From a virus, in the IMG/VR virus record IMGVR_UViG_3300050490_000017: a DNA stretch of 41,658 nucleotides; one strand, given 5' to 3'. Below, in pieces: positions 30,403-38,139 of this stretch. Position numbers and translations under genes: made by a program. The number at the start of each line of letters is the position of its first letter. The stretch's first letter is position 1. The notes under the pieces were generated by a model. That model searched no databases. It saw nothing but the letters and a program-made list of their open reading frames with translations, and was not told the origin of the DNA.

Positions 30403-30456
30403 CCACCCACCCCGCAGAACGCCCCGCCGCTCTGCAAGCAACTGAGGAGACGGAAG

Positions 30457-30912
30457 ATGGCACAGTTCCACCAAGTCGAATTGATCACCAGAAACGGAAA
30501 CGCGCTGTACCTCATGCATGTCCGTGGCGGCGTCATGGAGTGGACGAGCGATGCCGAGCAGGCGCTGACCTACGACGATCTCGACGAAGCCGAGACTGAT
30601 GCGAAAGCATACGGCGGCGAGGTCAGCAGCTTCGAAAGCCCGTACCGCGGTCGCTATCCCGAGAGCCTCTATGCCGGGGAACCACCTGTCCTTCAGTCGG
30701 CAGTAATCGCCTTTGAAGCGATGAAATCCATTGCCGGCCTCGTGTTCGAAGCTGGAGGAGATCCGGAATATGCCGAAACGTGGATCGAGGGCATCTCGAA
30801 CGATATCGAGCTTTCGTTTCAGAGCGCTCGTGAGCCTGTTGTGACACCGGTTTTCCGGCCTCGTCGTGGGCTTGGGTTGGTCGTCGGCGTAGATATGAGG
30901 GGAAGGCCATGA
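30457..30912 (+). CDS. Hypothetical protein (151 aa)
   Basis: Tracked ORF with a GAGGAG RBS. Confidence 0.6.
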   Translation: MAQFHQVELITRNGNALYLMHVRGGVMEWTSDAEQALTYDDLDEAETDAKAYGGEVSSFESPYRGRYPESLYAGEPPVLQSAVIAFEAMKSIAGLVFEAGGDPEYAETWIEGISNDIELSFQSAREPVVTPVFRPRRGLGLVVGVDMRGRP

Positions 30913-31193
30913 GCGATACAGTAAAGCATACGACGGGACCGTGGGTAGTCGATTACACGACTGGAGAAATTCTGGCCGCTGATCGTCGGGTGGCATCAAC
31001 GCAAAGTGGCGGAGTTTTCAACCTTTACGATGCCAACCTGATCGCCGCCGCTCCAGAGATTCTGGACGCTCTTCTTCTCGTAATGAGTTGGATCAAAAAT
31101 TGGGATCCGAATTTCTCGGAAGATGATGAATGGTTCGATCAGGATCGCCCAAAGATTGAGGCGGCAATCGCCAAAGCCGAGGGCAGGTCATGA
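30909..31193 (+). CDS. Hypothetical protein (94 aa)
   Basis: Tracked ORF with an ATGA overlap. It carries a GPW....NLIAAAPEILDAL pattern common in phage early proteins. Confidence 0.6.
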   Translation: MSDTVKHTTGPWVVDYTTGEILAADRRVASTQSGGVFNLYDANLIAAAPEILDALLLVMSWIKNWDPNFSEDDEWFDQDRPKIEAAIAKAEGRS

Positions 31194-31396
31194 GCAAGGC
31201 ACAACGCACCGCAGCTCTGCACCAGCTATCTGCCGCCGAAGAGCACGGTTCAGTCCGGTACGGCCTTTCGAGGCACCCAGCTCTGGTCATCGCGATCAAG
31301 GATCGAACTCGTACGCACCAGTATTGGTCGGCACAGTACGCAGCCTTCGCCAGAGAGCAACTCGGCATATCGGAAGAGGATCAGTTCTTTGCGTGA
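31190..31396 (+). CDS. Hypothetical protein (68 aa)
   Basis: Tracked ORF with an ATGA overlap. Confidence 0.55.
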   Translation: MSKAQRTAALHQLSAAEEHGSVRYGLSRHPALVIAIKDRTRTHQYWSAQYAAFAREQLGISEEDQFFA

Positions 31397-31622
31397 CCTT
31401 AGTTACACCGTCACAAGAGACATCACCCCAGACGAGTGCCATTGGCTGAAAAGCACGGTTGAGGCAGGAACGATCGTCTACCGGTATTTTGGCTACACAT
31501 ACGGCTGTATCGGCAGCGGCATGGCCGTCACCCGCGAAGAAGGCAAGACCCCGTTCTTCGAATTGCCGCGTGATGCTCTCGTGCTCATCGACACCGTTAA
31601 GGCCGAAGAGGTGACGAGATGA
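31389..31622 (+). CDS. Hypothetical protein (77 aa, TTG start)
   Basis: Tracked ORF with a GAAGAGGA 8 nt upstream. The 3' end lies in the 36-bp junction repeat. Confidence 0.55.
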   Translation: MRDLSYTVTRDITPDECHWLKSTVEAGTIVYRYFGYTYGCIGSGMAVTREEGKTPFFELPRDALVLIDTVKAEEVTR

Positions 31623-31626
31623 GCGA
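31591..31626 (+). repeat. 36-bp gene-junction repeat, copy 1 (35/36 identical to 32940-32975)
   Basis: acaccgttaaggccgaagaggtgacga(g/a)atgagcga spans the last 8 codons, the stop and the RBS of one gene and the ATG plus 2 codons of the next. Confidence 0.95.
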
Positions 31627-31831
31627 CTGCCGCACCTGCAAGCACAACACCTACAGAGATCTCAAGGACTGCAAGTTCGTTAGCTGCGGGCACCCGATCA
31701 CGCTGGCGAAGACGCCAAAGTATGAGTCCGGCGATCCTGCTTGGGTCAACGCAATGACGGCCGACATGAAGATTTCTGAGATGTTCAGCTACGACATGCT
31801 CGAATGCCCGACTTGGGAGGCGCTGTCATGA
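31619..31831 (+). CDS. Cys-rich small protein (70 aa)
   Basis: Tracked ORF with an N-terminal CRTC pair and further Cys residues. Confidence 0.55.
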   Translation: MSDCRTCKHNTYRDLKDCKFVSCGHPITLAKTPKYESGDPAWVNAMTADMKISEMFSYDMLECPTWEALS

Positions 31832-32466
31832 CCGACTGCATCATCAAAGCCTTCGGCGGCTGTGTCTGCAAAGACAAGCTCTCGTGTTCCATCCCGGGGT
31901 GCTGCAAACCACATCACAGAAAGGGCTATTGCAACGGGCATTATCAGCGCCTGTTGAAGTACGGAGACCCGCTTGGCGGCGGAACTTCGCCTGGCGAGCC
32001 CATGCGGTTCATCCTTGAAGTTGCCCTGCCCCACAATTCCAAAGAATGCCTGCCCTGGCCGTTCAGTAAGGGTCGTGGTGGCTACGGACAGCTCTCGATC
32101 AACGGCAAGAAGGTCGTAGCGACACGATACGTCTGCGAACTCGTCAAAGGGCCTCCTCCTACGCCCGAGCATGAAGCTGCGCACAGCTGCGGCAAGGGGA
32201 AACTCGGCTGCATCAGCCCAATCCATCTGGACTGGAAGACTCCAGCACAGAACCAAGCGGACAGGCTGGAGCATGGCACGAGTAACAGCGGAGAACGCAA
32301 CGGCAACGCCAAGCTGACAGAGGCTGATGTACGAGAAATACTAGCCATGAAAGGTGTTGAATATCAAAGCAATCTTGCCGCGAGGTTCAGCGTGTCACCG
32401 CAGGCTATTTCCGACATCCACGCTGGCCGCGTATGGGGTTGGCTATCAGAGGGAATCTCAGCATGA
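31828..32466 (+). CDS. HNH homing-type endonuclease (212 aa)
   Basis: Start moved to ATG 31828 (ATGA overlap). It has an N-terminal CxxxGC....GYCNGHYQRLLKYGDP zinc motif. It also carries CLPWPFSKGRGGYGQL ... AHSCGKGKLGCISPIHLDWKTPAQNQAD (HNH_3-like) and a C-terminal HTH-like tail. Confidence 0.8.
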   Translation: MTDCIIKAFGGCVCKDKLSCSIPGCCKPHHRKGYCNGHYQRLLKYGDPLGGGTSPGEPMRFILEVALPHNSKECLPWPFSKGRGGYGQLSINGKKVVATRYVCELVKGPPPTPEHEAAHSCGKGKLGCISPIHLDWKTPAQNQADRLEHGTSNSGERNGNAKLTEADVREILAMKGVEYQSNLAARFSVSPQAISDIHAGRVWGWLSEGISA

Positions 32467-32729
32467 GCCGGTTCGAGAACACATGGAGGATCGAAGTACT
32501 CCTCCCCAGCGGAACCACGCAATATTTCGATGGCACCGATCTTACCCCAAACCGCGATGACGCGCTGAACTACAGCGATATCGTAGAGGTTGTCGAAGAC
32601 TACCGCCGCCTATGCGAACAGGGCCTGGACGCCAGCATCGAGGTCTCAAAGAGGTTCACCGGCCACAGCGCCGCCTCTCGTCTTGAGCGCTTCTATGCAA
32701 CCACCCTTCATTCCATAGCGGCCGAATAG
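32463..32729 (+). CDS. Hypothetical protein (88 aa)
   Basis: From ORF 32433..32729. Start moved to ATG 32463 (ATGA overlap). Confidence 0.55.
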   Translation: MSRFENTWRIEVLLPSGTTQYFDGTDLTPNRDDALNYSDIVEVVEDYRRLCEQGLDASIEVSKRFTGHSAASRLERFYATTLHSIAAE

Positions 32730-32740
32730 GGAGCATTTCG

Positions 32741-32971
32741 ATGATCACCGACGAGAACCGTCACGAAGTTACGATGCTCCTTGCGACTGGCCTAGGCGCC
32801 GCCAGCAAGTTCAGCGCCCTTTCCTTAGCCCATGACGGGATAGAGGACGAAGACAGTCGGCGCCTGATAGGCGGGCTACTTCGATCCTACCAGACAGATG
32901 TCGACATCAACTTCAACCGCCTCGCCACCGTCCTTGGCTACACCGTTAAGGCCGAAGAGGTGACGAAATGA
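32741..32971 (+). CDS. Hypothetical protein (76 aa)
   Basis: Tracked ORF with a GGGAG RBS. The 3' end lies in junction-repeat copy 2. Confidence 0.55.
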   Translation: MITDENRHEVTMLLATGLGAASKFSALSLAHDGIEDEDSRRLIGGLLRSYQTDVDINFNRLATVLGYTVKAEEVTK

Positions 32972-32975
32972 GCGA
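32940..32975 (+). repeat. 36-bp gene-junction repeat, copy 2
   Basis: See copy 1. The copies are 1,349 bp apart. Confidence 0.95.
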
Positions 32976-33222
32976 GATAGATTGGAGGTCAATGTTCAAA
33001 GGCGTCTTGTCGCGAATGCGGGATGCCGGTGAAAGCAATGAGATGGGCGCCCGATGGATGGCGACTGAAGCCGAAGCTGCAGTCTACGATCTGACCGCAG
33101 AACGTGACCGGCTGCGGGAAGCGCTGGCAGACGCAGCCGATAAGCTTGAAGCACTTCTTTTCCTCTGGCCGGCTCATCCACTCGTAGTAAAGGCCCGCGC
33201 TGCCCTGAAAGGTGATGAGTGA
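32968..33222 (+). CDS. Hypothetical protein (84 aa)
   Basis: Tracked ORF with an ATGA overlap. Confidence 0.55.
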   Translation: MSEIDWRSMFKGVLSRMRDAGESNEMGARWMATEAEAAVYDLTAERDRLREALADAADKLEALLFLWPAHPLVVKARAALKGDE

Positions 33223-33425
33223 TGACCGACATCCAAGCCCGCCTTTCCGAGACGAACGCCAAGATCCAGGACGAGCTTGCCAACCGCGCCCGTCTCCATG
33301 ACGCCGCTGGAAAGGCCATCGTGATGATCTGGATGGCTGCAGCAGTGTTCTTCGGCGCCATGCTCTCGGAGCCGCAGGTGAAGCGAGTGGATCTTCGAAA
33401 TCAGGAGGTGACATGGACAAAGTGA
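33219..33425 (+). CDS. Hypothetical protein with one TM segment (68 aa)
   Basis: Tracked ORF with the hydrophobic stretch AIVMIWMAAAVFFGAMLS. Confidence 0.55.
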   Translation: MMTDIQARLSETNAKIQDELANRARLHDAAGKAIVMIWMAAAVFFGAMLSEPQVKRVDLRNQEVTWTK

Positions 33426-33574
33426 TGCTCAGAACGCGCGTCGACCAGGCTTTGAGGATCCGCGCCACCGCCCTTCGATATCTCCGCCGTGGGGATCGTT
33501 TCAATCACCGCCTGCTCATGAAGGAAGTTCGTCTTCCGCTCCTGCAGGCTCGTCAGTGGAAGGTGAAGCAGTGA
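33413..33574 (+). CDS. Hypothetical basic protein (53 aa)
   Basis: Not in the track. Sequence MDKVMLRTRVDQALRIRATALRYLRRGDRFNHRLLMKEVRLPLLQARQWKVKQ. An AGGAGG lies 5 nt upstream. Confidence 0.45.
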   Translation: MDKVMLRTRVDQALRIRATALRYLRRGDRFNHRLLMKEVRLPLLQARQWKVKQ

Positions 33575-34335
33575 ACGCCATCGTAGCAGAAAACCCGCGC
33601 GCTGTCTTGGGCGGGAACCAACCGCCGGCAGAACTTACTGCCTTCGAGGCCGTCAAGATCAACATCACCGATCTCTATGACGAGGCTCGCCTGTGGCTGG
33701 ACGGAACGCCGGTCGAGACGCAGGAGCAGGCGGATGCGCTGAACACGCTCAAGGCCCGCATCAGGGACGCGATCAAGGCGGCTGAGACGCAGCGGGTCAT
33801 TGAAGGTGCTCCGCATAAGCAGGCGATCGACGAAATTCAGGCCCGCTACAACGAGCTGATAGGCAACAACAAGTCCGTCACCGGTATCGCGCTCAAGGCC
33901 GAGGAAGCCTGCAACAAGGCTCTGAAGCCATTCCTGCTCGAACTGGAGCGCCAACAGCAGGAAGCCGCCCGCATCGCCCGTGAGGAAGCCGCTCGCAAGC
34001 AGGAAGAGGCAATGGCCGCCATGCGCGAGCGTGACGCCGCCAACCTGCAACAGCGCGAAGACGCGGAACGCCTCGTTCAGGAGGCCAAGGAAGCCGAAGC
34101 AGCGGCAAATCAAGCTGAGAAGGCCAAGGCCCACGCAAAGGGCGATGGACGCGCCACGGGGCTGCGTACGGTCTACCGCGCCGTCCTCATCGACCGCCAG
34201 CTTGCCGCCAAATGGGTTTGGCTTGATCGCAACGAAGAGCTGATGACGTGGATCCAGGATCAGGCCGACAAGGCCGTCCGTGGCGGCGTCCTGTCAATCG
34301 CCGGTTTTGAAGTTATCGAAGAGAAGGTGCTGTGA
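33571..34335 (+). CDS. Coiled-coil protein upstream of the annealase (254 aa from GTG 33571)
   Basis: From ORF 33556..34335. GTG 33571 forms a GTGA overlap with the upstream stop. The central coiled coil is long and E/A/Q/K-rich. The function is unknown. Confidence 0.55.
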   Translation: MNAIVAENPRAVLGGNQPPAELTAFEAVKINITDLYDEARLWLDGTPVETQEQADALNTLKARIRDAIKAAETQRVIEGAPHKQAIDEIQARYNELIGNNKSVTGIALKAEEACNKALKPFLLELERQQQEAARIAREEAARKQEEAMAAMRERDAANLQQREDAERLVQEAKEAEAAANQAEKAKAHAKGDGRATGLRTVYRAVLIDRQLAAKWVWLDRNEELMTWIQDQADKAVRGGVLSIAGFEVIEEKVL

Positions 34336-35087
34336 TGCCTACGACCGAAGAACTGAAGCAGTTGTTTGCCGAGTTCCCGCGTGACGCCGTAAGCTGGCGT
34401 GCGCAGTCCGTGACCAAGGATGGCACGAAGGCCCTCGCCCTCGCCTATATCGATGCCCGCGACGTGATGGACCGCCTCGACGACGTGTGCGGTTCCGAGA
34501 ACTGGCAGGACCGGTACGAGTTCCACGGCACACGCACGATCTGCTATCTCTCCATCCGCATCGATGATGAATGGATCACCAAGGCCGATGGCGCTGGAGA
34601 CAGTGACGTTGAAGCCGAAAAGGGTGCCATCTCGGATGCCCTCAAGCGCGCCGCCGTCAAGTGGGGTATCGGGCGCTATCTCTACCACATCGTCTCCCCT
34701 TGGGTTCCCTGCGACAGCTACGAGACCGAATACCAGGGCAAGAAAAAGCAGAACTGGAAGTCATGGAAGGAAGATCCATGGTCGCACGTCCGCGGCCAAC
34801 GCCCTGCCCCTCAGAAGAAGCCTGCAGCAGCGCCTATTCCTCCGAGCCCAGCGATGGAAAGCCTTTGGCGGGAGATGGAGGCGATATCGTCAAGCCGTGG
34901 CCTAGAACTGTTCTGGAAGGACAACGTCAAGACGATCCTTGGCTTCGACGACGGGAACAAGAAGCGCTTCGTCGACATGAAGGACGAGTTGAAGGCCAAG
35001 TTTGCACCGCCGCCGGCTGAAGGGGATTCGTTCCCCGGTTCTGTCTCTGATCGCGAAGCACTGCGTCAACCGATGGCGGGTGGCTGA
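34332..35087 (+). CDS. Rad52/Rad22-family single-strand annealing protein
   Basis: LALAYIDARDVMDRLDDVCGSENWQDRYEF ... KGAISDALKRAAVKWGIGRYLY is the Rad52-type SSAP signature. The start is GTG 34332 or ATG 34335. Confidence 0.85.
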   Translation: MMPTTEELKQLFAEFPRDAVSWRAQSVTKDGTKALALAYIDARDVMDRLDDVCGSENWQDRYEFHGTRTICYLSIRIDDEWITKADGAGDSDVEAEKGAISDALKRAAVKWGIGRYLYHIVSPWVPCDSYETEYQGKKKQNWKSWKEDPWSHVRGQRPAPQKKPAAAPIPPSPAMESLWREMEAISSSRGLELFWKDNVKTILGFDDGNKKRFVDMKDELKAKFAPPPAEGDSFPGSVSDREALRQPMAGG

Positions 35088-35089
35088 TC

Positions 35090-35509
35090 ATGGCAAAGAA
35101 GGCATCCGAAAACCCGCCTTGCTACGTCTTAAGGGATGGCGACCGCCTTATAGGTGAGATGGAAATGGATCGCGACTTGATCCGCCAGTTCCCCGCCGGA
35201 CAGCGTATCCGCGTCGAGCTACGCACCGGGCGCGTTCCTGACCGTCTGCGCTTCTACTGGGCCTTCCTCCGCAACGTCGTCGAGGCGACAAACTGCGCGC
35301 CGAACGAGAAGATCCTCCATCAGCTCGTCAAGCTCCGTACCGGCCACACCGACGACGTGATCATGGGCGGATACGTAATCAAGGTGCCGGCCTCGATCTC
35401 GTTCGAGAACATGGACGAACCGACGTTCGTCCGCTTCTTGGACTCTGCGATAGAGTTCATCGCGCTTGAGTTTGGCATCACCCCTGAGAGTGTGGAGAGA
35501 GCAGCATGA
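35090..35509 (+). CDS. DUF1367-like phage protein (139 aa)
   Basis: The pattern RVPDRLRFYWAFLRNVVE ... SISFENMDEPTFVRFLDSAIEFI resembles DUF1367. This is from memory only. Confidence 0.4.
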   Translation: MAKKASENPPCYVLRDGDRLIGEMEMDRDLIRQFPAGQRIRVELRTGRVPDRLRFYWAFLRNVVEATNCAPNEKILHQLVKLRTGHTDDVIMGGYVIKVPASISFENMDEPTFVRFLDSAIEFIALEFGITPESVERAA

Positions 35510-35706
35510 CACTCCCAAACGAAATCATCATGAAGGAAATGGCGAAGATCGCGATTGAGCAGGCGACAGAAATGTTTGCCGAGATGGCGATTGATATGTC
35601 GAACAAGATCCCCTCCGGAATTTCCGGGAAAGAGGCTCTTGTTATCTTCGCTGAAAGCATTCGAGGAACGAACCTTGAGCTTTACGGGAAAGGTCGGGGC
35701 TTATGA
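35506..35706 (+). CDS. Hypothetical protein (66 aa)
   Basis: Tracked ORF with an ATGA overlap. Confidence 0.5.
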   Translation: MTLPNEIIMKEMAKIAIEQATEMFAEMAIDMSNKIPSGISGKEALVIFAESIRGTNLELYGKGRGL

Positions 35707-35888
35707 CCGACACGACCCGCCAGCACCTGATAAAATATCCCAACGCTCGCACCTCCACCGTCGTCTACCTTCAGAAGCGTGCGGAGACCACCCAGCGCCT
35801 TCGCCAGGAACTCGGCATGCAGAAGTCACGCAAGCCTTGGTGGAGGCGCGTCCTAACGGCTCTTAGCGGCCAGGAGACAAGCAAGTGA
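35703..35888 (+). CDS. Hypothetical basic protein (61 aa)
   Basis: Tracked ORF with an ATGA overlap. Confidence 0.5.
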   Translation: MTDTTRQHLIKYPNARTSTVVYLQKRAETTQRLRQELGMQKSRKPWWRRVLTALSGQETSK

Positions 35889-36061
35889 TCACAGCCGTAT
35901 CGATAGCTCTTTATGCCGCTGCCGCCTTCTTTGCTGCCGGACTCGGCGTCACTGCTGAGAAATTTAAGTTCGACAAAACCGCTGCTGGTGAAGCGAAGTC
36001 TGGGATAATCGTTGTTCTGGTGGCTTTCAGCTTGGCTGTCATTTTGCAGGTGCTCGGATGA
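35885..36061 (+). CDS. Two-TM small membrane protein (58 aa, GTG start)
   Basis: Not in the track. Sequence VITAVSIALYAAAAFFAAGLGVTAEKFKFDKTAAGEAKSGIIVVLVAFSLAVILQVLG. GTGA overlap upstream and ATGA overlap downstream. Confidence 0.45.
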   Translation: MITAVSIALYAAAAFFAAGLGVTAEKFKFDKTAAGEAKSGIIVVLVAFSLAVILQVLG

Positions 36062-36438
36062 GCCGCCTGGAATTCTCGCGCAAGACCAAGGCCGCAATCA
36101 TCGCCCGAGCCGCCGGCTATTGCGAAGCCTGCTCTGCTGTCCTCAAGTCTGGAGAGGGAGAGGTCGATCATATCCTTCCTTGTGCGCTTGGGGGAGAGCC
36201 GACCGTTGCCAACGGGCGCCTGATCTGCCGTGTCTGCCACGTCGAAAAATCCGCAACCGATATTCGCAGCATCCGCAAGGCCGATCGCGTACGGGACAAA
36301 TCCACTCGCGCCGTCGTTCCCAAGCAGAAGATCCGCAGCCAAGGATTCGCGGTGTCTGAGAAGGCAGAGAGGCGACAGAGCAAGCCGCCGTTGCCAAATC
36401 GCCCGCTCTATCGCTCTCATGAGGATACACAGCCATGA
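36058..36438 (+). CDS. HNH endonuclease (126 aa)
   Basis: YCEACSAVLKSGEGEVDHILPCALGGEPTVANGRLICRVCHVEKS is the classic CxxC...DH...N...CxxCH HNH core. Confidence 0.85.
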   Translation: MSRLEFSRKTKAAIIARAAGYCEACSAVLKSGEGEVDHILPCALGGEPTVANGRLICRVCHVEKSATDIRSIRKADRVRDKSTRAVVPKQKIRSQGFAVSEKAERRQSKPPLPNRPLYRSHEDTQP

Positions 36439-36764
36439 CCAAAGCTATCGATGACGTGATTGCAGAACGTGAGCGCCAGCAGGCCGCTGAGGGTTGGACG
36501 ACCGAGCACGATGATATGCATACCGAGGGAGAATTGGCCAAGGCTGCGAGTTGTTACGCCTATGAGGCTGGCCGCACCGATCATCAGCGAGATTGCGATA
36601 AAGGGGTTCCCCCAATGCCGTGGCCATGGAGTCGGAAGTGGTGGGAATCCACAGATCGGCGGCGCGATCTTGTCAAAGCGGCAGCATTGGCAATCGCTGA
36701 AATCGAACGTCTCGATAGATTGACGCCATGCGCTGCCCTTCAGGCCAAGGAGCCCACACCATGA
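36435..36764 (+). CDS. Conserved hypothetical phage protein (109 aa)
   Basis: Tracked ORF carrying ERERQQAAEGWTTEHDD ... AALAIAEIERLDR. I recognise this as a recurring phage protein but cannot name it. Confidence 0.55.
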   Translation: MTKAIDDVIAERERQQAAEGWTTEHDDMHTEGELAKAASCYAYEAGRTDHQRDCDKGVPPMPWPWSRKWWESTDRRRDLVKAAALAIAEIERLDRLTPCAALQAKEPTP

Positions 36765-37330
36765 CAGACCATGAGCGCGGCGTTGAGGCTGCAAAGAATA
36801 TCCTATTGCTGAGAGCGCATGAGCTTTCAGCGCAAGAACTGGCCGAAGCCGCCATCTCTGCCTACCTCGCCACCACCGAACCCTCCAAGCCCGTGGCGGA
36901 GGCGGTGAAGGCTCTTGAATGGAGGGACGGACGAAATGCGGAGACGGTTTTCAATGTTGTCCAGCACGCCACAATTCTCGGGGCAGAGGAACTAGTTGGC
37001 TTGGAATATACGATACTCGGGCCGGATCGCCATGGCCTATTCGAAGTGATCCTTGGCGACAAGATCATCAACTTCGGCAATAGCGAAGAACAAGCTAAAG
37101 TCGTTTCCCAACTGGATTATCAACGTCGGATCATGTCCGCTCTCTCCACCCCTCCCCAGGCTGTCGAAAAAGTCCCAGACCAATTCGAGTTGGCAATTCG
37201 AGAGATTGCGAAGATGCCTTACTACACGCTGCCTCTCGATGACGCCAAGATAGACAGCCTGTTCAAGCGCTACAATAAAGCCGTGGCCTTGGCTGATGCC
37301 GCTATCTCAGGAGGCTCTTATGCAGATTGA
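36761..37330 (+). CDS. Hypothetical protein (189 aa)
   Basis: From ORF 36728..37330. Start moved to ATG 36761 (ATGA overlap). Confidence 0.55.
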   Translation: MTDHERGVEAAKNILLLRAHELSAQELAEAAISAYLATTEPSKPVAEAVKALEWRDGRNAETVFNVVQHATILGAEELVGLEYTILGPDRHGLFEVILGDKIINFGNSEEQAKVVSQLDYQRRIMSALSTPPQAVEKVPDQFELAIREIAKMPYYTLPLDDAKIDSLFKRYNKAVALADAAISGGSYAD

Positions 37331-37586
37331 GATCAAGGGGAAAATCAGCACCGATCCGCGCGACCGCGTTCTGGCGATCGAGGCTGTGGCGAAATCAATC
37401 TGTCAGATGACAGGGCTAGATCCTGCCGAAGGCGTGATGATGCTACTCACGGCGGCCGCTCACCTCACGGCGGTGTATTCTGGAAAGTCGGCAGACCAGA
37501 ACATCATGACGCTGGCTAGCTGCCTCGGCAACGCAACGGTGGCTGCAGACGATTTCTTCAAGCTGAAGAAGGTTCCCACACCATGA
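37320..37586 (+). CDS. Hypothetical protein (88 aa)
   Basis: From ORF 37296..37586. ATG 37320 has a GGAGG upstream. Confidence 0.55.
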   Translation: MQIEIKGKISTDPRDRVLAIEAVAKSICQMTGLDPAEGVMMLLTAAAHLTAVYSGKSADQNIMTLASCLGNATVAADDFFKLKKVPTP

Positions 37587-37966
37587 CCGACCCTACAGAA
37601 AACCTCTCCAAGGCCCAACCCAACCGGGGGGTATGCCCCACCGACGAATCCGATCGCCGCGCTTTCGAAGCAGGATGGCAGACGATGGACACAGCGCCGA
37701 AGGATGGGAGCATGATTCTCGTCTATAACCCGATGTTCGGCGTATACAGCACGTCTTACACAACGCAATGGGTTGACGGCGACGACGATTACCAAGGTTT
37801 CCCGTGCGGCTTTCACGAAGGCATCTTCGGCGCTTGGGACTGCCAGCCCACCCACTGGATGCCATTACCGGAGCTGCCAAAGGCAACCACCGCCCCCAAG
37901 CCCTTCACGTTCGCCGATCCCAATGCCCAGCGGGAGTGGGAAAGACAAAGGAGGGAAAGGGAATGA
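37583..37966 (+). CDS. DUF551-like protein (127 aa)
   Basis: GWQTMDTAPKDGSMILVY ... PTHWMPLPELP is the DUF551 pattern. Confidence 0.6.
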   Translation: MTDPTENLSKAQPNRGVCPTDESDRRAFEAGWQTMDTAPKDGSMILVYNPMFGVYSTSYTTQWVDGDDDYQGFPCGFHEGIFGAWDCQPTHWMPLPELPKATTAPKPFTFADPNAQREWERQRRERE

Positions 37967-38139
37967 CAGCCTCCGCACTCCTTCGTCGGTCTGACCTAAA
38001 GCGCATGGCTGAAATCGCCAAGGCGGAAGGCGTGCGCGTGTCAATAGAGATTGACGGCAGGATTATCAGCATTTCCCCCGATATCCACAAGCCAGTTGAG
38101 GAAGACGCGGTTGCCAAGGGGAAGAGGATACGCCTTTGA
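37963..38139 (+). CDS. Hypothetical small protein (58 aa) immediately upstream of int
   Basis: From ORF 37804..38139. Start moved to ATG 37963 (ATGA overlap). No excisionase-type HTH was recognised. Confidence 0.45.
   Translation: MTASALLRRSDLKRMAEIAKAEGVRVSIEIDGRIISISPDIHKPVEEDAVAKGKRIRL

Noticed and set aside
30322-30999. 225-aa minus-strand ORF and other long antisense ORFs (33553..34134, 38481..39179, 10103..10852, 39872..40369)
   Set aside because: Each lies opposite a gene with an RBS, coupling or domain evidence, and each has an R/G/P-rich translation. They are shadow ORFs.
37963-38139. The 58-aa gene upstream of int as an excisionase
   Set aside because: Position is the only argument. 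The sequence lacks the MerR/Xis-type winged-helix pattern. It is left as hypothetical.
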